Assembly: GCA_963923955.1 (NCBI GenBank)
Contig: OZ000552.1
Span: 1,914,150 to 1,978,149, forward strand
DNA from: Gammaproteobacteria bacterium
GTDB taxonomy: Bacteria > Pseudomonadota > Gammaproteobacteria > Eutrophobiales > Eutrophobiaceae
Direction of reading: 5' to 3'
Length of the DNA: 64,000 bases
Positions 57,844 to 64,000 of this stretch are shown piece after piece. How positions within the stretch are numbered: the stretch's first letter is position 1; every line of letters begins with the position of its first letter. The position numbers and the translations under genes are program-made. The notes under the pieces are model-generated. The model was not told the origin of the DNA. It worked only from the letters and a program-made list of their open reading frames with translations, and ran no database searches.

Positions 57844-59025
57844 ATGTCAGAACATGCCGTGATCGTTGCCGCTGGTCGTACCCCAATCGGTGCTTTTGGC
57901 GGGAGTCTCGCCGGCATTCCCGCCCACAGCCTTGGGGCGCGGGTGATCAAAAGCCTGCTGGAGGAGATAAGCCTGGCCCCGGAACAGGTTGATGAAGTCA
58001 TTTTAGGCCAGGTCTTGACCGCAGGCGCTGGGCAGAACCCGGCCCGACAGGCGGCGCTGGCCGCCGGCCTGCCCTATTCCATCCCGGCCATGACGATTAA
58101 CAAGGTGTGCGGGAGTGGCTTAAAGGCGGTGAGCCTTGCGGCCCAGGCGATCAAATGCGGCGATGCCGAGGTGGTCATCGCCGGCGGCCAGGAAAACATG
58201 AGCCTCGCCCCGCATGTGCTGCCAAAATCGCGCCAAGGCACAAAGATGGGCGCGTGGCAACTGGAGGATTCCATGATTGTCGATGGCCTGTGGGATGCCT
58301 TTAACGATTATCACATGGGCATCACCGCCGAGAACGTGGCAGCGGAATACCAGGTCTCGCGTACGCACCAAGACGCCTTTGCCGCCGAATCACAACAGCG
58401 CACGGCAGCGGCAATAGAGGAAGACAGATTTGCTGATGAGATCATTCCGGTGGAGATCCCGCAGCGCAAGGGCGAGCCCGTCATCCTTGACCGGGATGAA
58501 TATCCCAAGTCAGGCGTAACAGCTGAGAGCATCGCCAAGCTCCGGCCCGCCTTCAAGAAAGACGGCACCGTTACCGCGGCGAATGCCTCCGGCATTAATG
58601 ATGGCGCGGCCATCGTGATCGTGATGTCGGCGGCAAGGGCAAAGGCATCCGGCCTTGCCGTACTCGCCACCATCAAGGCCTATGCCAGTGCCGGGGTTGA
58701 TCCGGCAGTGATGGGCACCGGCCCGGTGCCGGCCTCACAAAGGTGCATGGAAAAGGCCGCCTGGAAGATGGAAGAGTTGGATCTGATTGAGGCCAACGAG
58801 GCCTTTGCGGCCCAAGCCATCTGTGTCCGCAATGCGCTCGGCTGGGATGCGGCAAAGGTCAATGTCAACGGCGGCGCGATCGCCCTGGGCCATCCCATCG
58901 GTGCATCCGGCTGCCGCGTTTTGGTTACGCTGTTGCATGAAATGCGCCGCCGCGATGTTCACAAGGGCCTTGCCACGCTGTGCATCGGCGGCGGCCAGGG
59001 CGTTGCCCTAGCCGTGGAGAGATAA
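57844..59025 (+). CDS. phaA: Acetyl-CoA acetyltransferase (beta-ketothiolase)
   Basis: [20 protein letters not shown], the active-site Cys in [11 protein letters not shown], and C-terminal [13 protein letters not shown]. The ATG at 57844 is preceded by GGGAGGA. Confidence 0.9.
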   Translation: MSEHAVIVAAGRTPIGAFGGSLAGIPAHSLGARVIKSLLEEISLAPEQVDEVILGQVLTAGAGQNPARQAALAAGLPYSIPAMTINKVCGSGLKAVSLAAQAIKCGDAEVVIAGGQENMSLAPHVLPKSRQGTKMGAWQLEDSMIVDGLWDAFNDYHMGITAENVAAEYQVSRTHQDAFAAESQQRTAAAIEEDRFADEIIPVEIPQRKGEPVILDRDEYPKSGVTAESIAKLRPAFKKDGTVTAANASGINDGAAIVIVMSAARAKASGLAVLATIKAYASAGVDPAVMGTGPVPASQRCMEKAAWKMEELDLIEANEAFAAQAICVRNALGWDAAKVNVNGGAIALGHPIGASGCRVLVTLLHEMRRRDVHKGLATLCIGGGQGVALAVER

Positions 59026-59028
59026 GCT

Positions 59029-59766
59029 ATGCACATAGACCTCGGCGATAAAGTGGCGCTGGTAACCGGCGGCATCAGTGAGATCGGCACGGCCATCTGC
59101 AGGCAACTGGCCGCATCCGGCGCACAGGTCGTGACCAATTATGAAGACCGCAGCGAGGCAAAAAGCTGGCAGTTGCGGCTCAAACGCCAGGGCATAATCG
59201 TCAAGATAATGGCCGCTGATCTGACTGAGGCTGATAGCTGTAATCGATTGATCGAAAAAATAGAGGCCAGCCTGGGCGCCCTCGACATCGTGATTAACGG
59301 CACTGAGCTCACCGATGACTGCCCATTCAGCAAGATGAGCCCGGGGCGATGGCGCAAGGTGCTGCATCACAACCTGGGCAGTGTCTATAATGTCTGCCGA
59401 CACGCTGCCCAGAGGATGAGCGCGCGCGGCTTCGGGCGCATCATCAACATCTCTTCCGTAGAGGCCCGCAGGGGCAAGCCCGGACAGGCGCATTATTCGG
59501 CATCCAAGGCGGCCATGCATGGCTTCACCATGTCGCTGGCCCAAGAAGTCGCCCGTGATGGCGTGACCGTGAATACGATCTCGCCGGGGCTAATTGCCAA
59601 CAGGGACGCTGGCGCAGCAAACACTGACCAGGTTGCTCGTATCCCGGCGGCAAGGCCGGGGGCGGCGGAAGAGGTGGCCTATCTGGTGGACTTTCTCTGC
59701 TCTGAGCAGGCCGCCTACATCAATGGCACGGATATCGCCATCAATGGCGGTTATTACATGCACTAG
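59029..59766 (+). CDS. SDR-family oxidoreductase, acetoacetyl-CoA reductase-like
   Basis: 245-aa ORF with VTGGISEIGTAICRQLA and the catalytic SS...YSASKAA motif. Its position between phaA and phaR suggests a PhaB-like role. Confidence 0.7.
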   Translation: MHIDLGDKVALVTGGISEIGTAICRQLAASGAQVVTNYEDRSEAKSWQLRLKRQGIIVKIMAADLTEADSCNRLIEKIEASLGALDIVINGTELTDDCPFSKMSPGRWRKVLHHNLGSVYNVCRHAAQRMSARGFGRIINISSVEARRGKPGQAHYSASKAAMHGFTMSLAQEVARDGVTVNTISPGLIANRDAGAANTDQVARIPAARPGAAEEVAYLVDFLCSEQAAYINGTDIAINGGYYMH

Positions 59767-59782
59767 ACTGCGGGAGAGGATC

Positions 59783-60253
59783 ATGGCCAAACGCATCATA
59801 AAAAAATATCCCAACCGGCGCCTGTACGATACCGAGATCAGCCAATATGTAACTCTGGAAGATGTGAAAAGGCTGGTCTTGAGCGGCGTTGATATCTCGG
59901 TAAGGGACGTCAAGACGGATGAAGACCTGACCCGCAGTATTTTATTGCAGATCATCTCAGAACAAGAACACGATGGCGATCCCATGTTCACCACGCAGAC
60001 CCTCACACAGTTCATTCGCTTCTACGGGAACGCCTATCAAGCGGCCTTTTCTGACTACCTGCAAAAGAGCCTGGAGATCTTCGCCGCTCAGCAAGAGCAA
60101 TTCCGGGCAAAGATTCAGGAAAGCATGCAAACCAACCCCTTCTCTGCGGTGACCAAGATGACCGAGCAGAATTTACAGATGTGGCAGCAGGTACAGGATA
60201 ACTTCTTCAAAGCGGCCGGCGTATCGTCCAAGCCGAAGGATGAAAAAGAATAA
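59783..60253 (+). CDS. phaR: PHA synthesis repressor PhaR
   Basis: MAKRIIKKYPNRRLYDTEISQYVTLEDVKRLV is the PhaR N-terminal signature. The ATG at 59783 is preceded by GGGAGAGGA. Confidence 0.85.
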   Translation: MAKRIIKKYPNRRLYDTEISQYVTLEDVKRLVLSGVDISVRDVKTDEDLTRSILLQIISEQEHDGDPMFTTQTLTQFIRFYGNAYQAAFSDYLQKSLEIFAAQQEQFRAKIQESMQTNPFSAVTKMTEQNLQMWQQVQDNFFKAAGVSSKPKDEKE

Positions 60254-61268
60254 ATCCATACAATCGCCAATCATCTTTCTAATAAAAAACTCTCCCATGA
60301 CCAAGACAACAAAGAGCATAAGCCTGCCGACATACCTTGATGTCTTTGGCTGGAACAAGGCCCAGGCGCAGCTTATGGAAAACTGGTATGCGGCCATGGA
60401 TGCCACCTTCGACTCATTCCAGCAGTTACTCGAGTTGCCAGATAATGCGGTGCGGGGCATCGCCCGGCGGCAGGACGATAAACATAAGACAAAGGCTATA
60501 GAAAAGCCCGGCCGCGCTAAGGCGCAGACAATGGGTGTCGGCATCGTCAGCGGCGGCAGCGGCGGGATTGGAACCGCGATCTGCAGGCAACTCGCAGAAG
60601 CCGGCAACCAGATCATTGCTACCTATCTGGCCGGAGAGAGTGAATACGCCAGGGGCTGGCAGGCCGAGCGTGAACGGGAGGGCCTTGATGTAGAACTCTA
60701 TGAATGTGATGTCACCGATTTCAATGCCTGCAGAAGGATGGCGGCGGCTATCGAAAAGAAACACGGACGCATAGACATCTTGGTGAACTGCGCCGGCATC
60801 ACTTGGGATGGCCTGCTGAAGAAGATGGATGAGAAACAATGGGAGGCGGTGATGAACACCAACTTAGACGGCGTCTTCAACCTTACGCGCAACCTTATCG
60901 ATGGCATGATCAAACGCGGCTATGGGCGCATCGTCAACATCTCATCGGTGAATGGTCAAAAGGGCCAGTTCGGCCAGACCAACTACGCCGCCGCCAAGGC
61001 CGGCATGATCGGCTTCACCCGTTCGTTGGCCTTAGAGGTAGCGGCAAAGGGCATTACTGTCAACTGCGTCTGCCCCGGCTATGTCGGCACCAGCATGGTG
61101 GAAGCAATACGTACAGACATCAGGCAAAGCATCATCGATCAAATCCCCATGCAACGCCTGGCCAGAACAGAAGAAGTCGCCAATGCCGTCGCCTTCCTTG
61201 CCAGCAAAGACAGTGCTTACATCACCGGCACTGAAATCGCCGTGAACGGCGGCCTGTGGCTGGGATAG
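60240..61268 (+). CDS. SDR-family acetoacetyl-CoA reductase-like protein with an N-terminal extension of about 100 aa
   Basis: The SDR core runs from about MGVGIVSGGSGGIGTAICRQLA, with NISSVNGQKGQFGQTNYAAAKAG (YxxxK). The N-terminal part (..TYLDVFGWNKAQAQLMENWYAAMDATFDSF..) is not SDR-like. The true start is uncertain. Confidence 0.65.
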   Translation: MKKNKSIQSPIIFLIKNSPMTKTTKSISLPTYLDVFGWNKAQAQLMENWYAAMDATFDSFQQLLELPDNAVRGIARRQDDKHKTKAIEKPGRAKAQTMGVGIVSGGSGGIGTAICRQLAEAGNQIIATYLAGESEYARGWQAEREREGLDVELYECDVTDFNACRRMAAAIEKKHGRIDILVNCAGITWDGLLKKMDEKQWEAVMNTNLDGVFNLTRNLIDGMIKRGYGRIVNISSVNGQKGQFGQTNYAAAKAGMIGFTRSLALEVAAKGITVNCVCPGYVGTSMVEAIRTDIRQSIIDQIPMQRLARTEEVANAVAFLASKDSAYITGTEIAVNGGLWLG

Positions 61269-61367
61269 TGCCCTTCCATAAACCCTGGCTGAATACAAGA
61301 ATAGGCAAGGCCGGTTTCAGTGACGCCCATCGGCACAGCCCGCCTGGCAATCCCTGTTCGCCTTGTG

Positions 61368-62078
61368 CTACATCGCTAGATCTTCGGGCCAGACAAAGTA
61401 AGGTCCGAATCGTTTGCTGTATTTGGACTCCCCGCCGGCATCTTTTCCTTTCTCAGTGAGGGTATGTTTCCCATCTTCATTTTTCAGGTAACCTTTAAGC
61501 GCCAGCTTTTCAAGTAACTCTCCGGTCTTCATTCCATGCTTCTTCGCGAGCCTTGAAGAGCTTAGCTTTGTATATTTTGATTCGTCTTCGCTTTCCTCCT
61601 GTAGGCCATCATCTTTCGAGTCTTCAACCTTTTCAAGGGAGATACGAACTTCATCGCTTATTCTTATTATCCGTTGTGACTCTTCATAGGCATCCTTATA
61701 AATTTCCGAGTCTTCGTCCCTGGTAATATGGATGCCCATTTCGTTATTATTTACTTGGCTGAATTCGTACAGATTAAGACTGGTAATAATGCAGGTATTC
61801 TCGTTCAGATAGCACTTGGCATGTAGATTTTTGCAGAAGCTCGTTCTTACGAACGACAACTCTTTCAGCCAGTTTATCTCTTCCGGTTGCAACTCGCTTT
61901 TGCCATAGACAATTCTAACGTCAATTTTTAATCTATCCTTATCTTCAAGCAACTCCTTGATCCTGTCGTTTAATTTCAGGAATGGACTGATCAAGATCAA
62001 ACGATCAGATGCGGACTTTATCAATTCTTCGAGATAATAATTGGTAGCACTTGTGTTTAGAAATTTTGCCATACTCAC
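61368..62078 (-). CDS. PLD-family (single HKD motif) nuclease-like protein with an acidic linker and basic C-terminal domain
   Basis: 236-aa ORF with the HKD-type motif NLHAKCYLNENTCIITSLNL. An acidic stretch follows (EDSKDDGLQEESEDES), then KLSSSRLAKKHGMKTGELLEKLALKGYL...GPYFVWPEDL. GC is low (33-42% in hand-counted lines, against 60% in the flank). Confidence 0.7.
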   Translation of the reverse strand: MSMAKFLNTSATNYYLEELIKSASDRLILISPFLKLNDRIKELLEDKDRLKIDVRIVYGKSELQPEEINWLKELSFVRTSFCKNLHAKCYLNENTCIITSLNLYEFSQVNNNEMGIHITRDEDSEIYKDAYEESQRIIRISDEVRISLEKVEDSKDDGLQEESEDESKYTKLSSSRLAKKHGMKTGELLEKLALKGYLKNEDGKHTLTEKGKDAGGESKYSKRFGPYFVWPEDLAM

Positions 62079-62569
62079 CTCGATATTTGGCCGATGCCCG
62101 GATTATAGTGAGGCTCCGGCCAAGATGCCACTTTGGTGTTCTCAATAGAGGATGGAGTCATTCCCCACCACGCAGCAGGGGACAACGGTATCGCAGGCCG
62201 AACTTACGGCAGATAATCGGGGTAGATGAAATCCGGTTTGACCGGGTAATAAAAACTGTGAAAGGCGGATAAATCCGGGCATCCGGCTTGCACCCAGGCC
62301 AGTTTCCAGAGTTGCGAGAGCACGGCGCTGCCCAGGGCCAGGCGGGAAGTAATAAAGGCGGCGTACTGCGCCCCTTCGCCATGTATCGAAACAAGGCTGA
62401 TCTGGACGAATGGGATGATGCCGATGAGAAGCCGGGCGCATGGAAGGCCGCCTTTACCACCGATACCACCAAGCCCTCCGGCAAGCTGCCTTGATGTCTG
62501 CTTTTAGTGCAAGGGGATTGGCGGCGTATTACTCAAGCCCTCTCTCTTCAAGCTGCGCCGAGTCCATAT

Positions 62570-63472
62570 TCATCGCCGATGTGCCAGTTTTTCCCGGCAA
62601 ATGCCATCGACCAGGAGCATGTGTGGAACGGTCAAGGCGGCGAGTCCGATGAATAAAACACGTAACACAGCCTGCTGCGGCGATGCCTCACCAGACAGTC
62701 CGATGAAGATGAGGCCGGCGCAGAAGATCGTGATCACCGTGAACCCGACCGTATGCAGGACGGCCTTGAAGCGATCCGCGCGTGGCACCAGTTTCAACAC
62801 ACGGGCGAGGTGCAGGGGACTGTGCAGGGCACAGAAATACAGCACAAAATAGACGAGCGGCGGCAGCAGCCAGGCAAAAGCGATCAGTGCTGAGACGACT
62901 GCCAAGTCCTGCCATCTTTGTGGTCGTGGTCGCAGTCGCGGGAAAACAGTGATCATGGCGATCACGCCGAGTGCTGATACGGGTGCCAGGATCTGCAAAA
63001 AGGATGGGATGACACGCGCGGACGCCCCGGATAGTGTTGCAAAAAGGGCCGCCACCGCTAAGGGGTCAAAACAGGCCGGCAGACTGAGCAACAGGCTGCC
63101 AAACAACCAGCGTTCGAGGCGGTTCAAGGCACCGGCATCTGCGCCGAAGTGCCATGCCGAGATGATAAGAAACGCAACCAATGACAGCACTGGCAAGACG
63201 CTCCAGATAGCAATCACGCCAAAAGCGATAAAGAGATAGGCGCAGGCGAATGCGGCAAGGCCGCCGGGTGAGCGCCAGAGTCCGCTGCGCCGCGCGATGT
63301 AGGCATCAATCGCCCCGTGTGGCAGTCCCAGAGCCGCAACCGCGATAGCGAGCACCAGGATTTGAACCGTCATGCTGGGCGCGGGAAAGAGCAGGAAAAT
63401 GAGTGAGACAACCAGGCCGATTGCAAGAAAACCCGCTGGCGCCTTTTGCCAGGTCATATCATCATCTACCAT
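62570..63472 (-). CDS. blh: Brp/Blh-family beta-carotene 15,15'-dioxygenase
   Basis: 300-aa polytopic ORF with the four conserved His contexts GLPHGAIDAY, SAWHFGAD, LHSPLHLARV and TVPHMLLVD. Confidence 0.8.
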   Translation of the reverse strand: MVDDDMTWQKAPAGFLAIGLVVSLIFLLFPAPSMTVQILVLAIAVAALGLPHGAIDAYIARRSGLWRSPGGLAAFACAYLFIAFGVIAIWSVLPVLSLVAFLIISAWHFGADAGALNRLERWLFGSLLLSLPACFDPLAVAALFATLSGASARVIPSFLQILAPVSALGVIAMITVFPRLRPRPQRWQDLAVVSALIAFAWLLPPLVYFVLYFCALHSPLHLARVLKLVPRADRFKAVLHTVGFTVITIFCAGLIFIGLSGEASPQQAVLRVLFIGLAALTVPHMLLVDGICREKLAHRR

Positions 63473-63487
63473 TTTGCCCGGTCAGTC

Positions 63488-64000
63488 TCACGGCGTCCGC
63501 GCAAAGATCGCACACAGGAATGGGGCCTTCGGCAAGGCAGAGACGACTTTCAACCACAAGCCCAGCGATGGCGATTGTGACATGAAACGACCAAATTCGT
63601 CACCGCTCAATGTAGCGGCGATGTCGGCAAACCAGTCCGCAGCGGCACCGGGCGAGCGCACCAGTGCCTTTAAGAATATCGCGTCCATCTTGCGCTCCAG
63701 CCGAGAAGCAAATGGCCTTGCAAGCGGAATCCGGCCCCGGGCCAATTCCTTAGCGGTCGTCCGCGCCCAGGCTTGAATGCGCAAGAAGCCATAGCCCGAA
63801 GATGCCCGCAGCGCCCCCGCTGCCTGGCCTGCACACACCACTCGGGCTGAGAGCCTCGCTCTTTGCTGCGCTTGGCCCATTGGCAGACAGCCTCGTTCCC
63901 AGCGTTGCAGTTTCACGCAGCCTTTGACCAGCCGGTTCAGATCGGTCTTAAATTCACCGTCGAGCTTCTCAGGCGGATAGCGGGTCAGCGCAAAGCGCGT
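63488..64000 (-). CDS. crtY: Lycopene cyclase family protein (CrtY-like), N-terminal part outside the window
   Basis: The reverse-strand frame is open from 64000 (TRFALTRYPPEKLDGEF...) to the stop at 63488. It contains PMGQ...VCAGQAAGALRASSGYGF, reminiscent of the CrtY C-terminal region. It lies directly upstream of blh, as in crt-blh clusters. Confidence 0.55.
   Translation of the reverse strand, partial: TRFALTRYPPEKLDGEFKTDLNRLVKGCVKLQRWERGCLPMGQAQQRARLSARVVCAGQAAGALRASSGYGFLRIQAWARTTAKELARGRIPLARPFASRLERKMDAIFLKALVRSPGAAADWFADIAATLSGDEFGRFMSQSPSLGLWLKVVSALPKAPFLCAIFARTP

Overview
This is a GC-rich bacterial chromosomal segment. Core genes give about 60-70% GC in hand-counted 60-nt lines. 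Gene content looks gammaproteobacterial. It includes rnd, lptF/lptG, htpG, mutS-fdxA, nth with an rsxE-like gene, mpl, an mdh/gltA/sucA-sucB-lpdA TCA block, phaA/phaB-like/phaR PHB genes and blh-crtY retinal genes at the right edge. I recognised no rRNA, tRNA, CRISPR array, transposase or integrase.

Five accessory or unusual regions stand out:
1. At 2.8-10.9 kb there is a Type III-like restriction-modification operon in the order res, cytoplasmic class-3 lipase, ORF6N DNA-binding gene (split at an A_AAA_AAG heptamer), mod. The mod gene carries a low-GC target-recognition patch, and a decayed Fic N-terminal remnant follows it. This lipase-bearing R-M module is my best candidate for an undescribed defence architecture.
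2. At 17.2-27.4 kb a membrane-lipid or phospho-alcohol gene cluster wraps around lptFG. It holds an LpxO/OlsC-like hydroxylase, a Tam41-like protein, a DAG-kinase-like protein, a CDP-alcohol phosphatidyltransferase, a metallophosphoesterase, two nucleotidyltransferases and a large GNAT-like protein.
3. At 39.2-40.0 kb a low-GC islet holds a frameshifted DUF4328 gene.
4. At 43.6-45.3 kb a low-GC islet holds an intact beta-class DNA methyltransferase abutting a frameshifted upstream partner.
5. At 61.4-62.1 kb a low-GC islet holds a single-HKD PLD-family nuclease-like gene.

Four accessory genes are broken at homopolymer runs, while longer runs in core genes are intact. All family calls come from motif recognition by eye and need profile searches to confirm.
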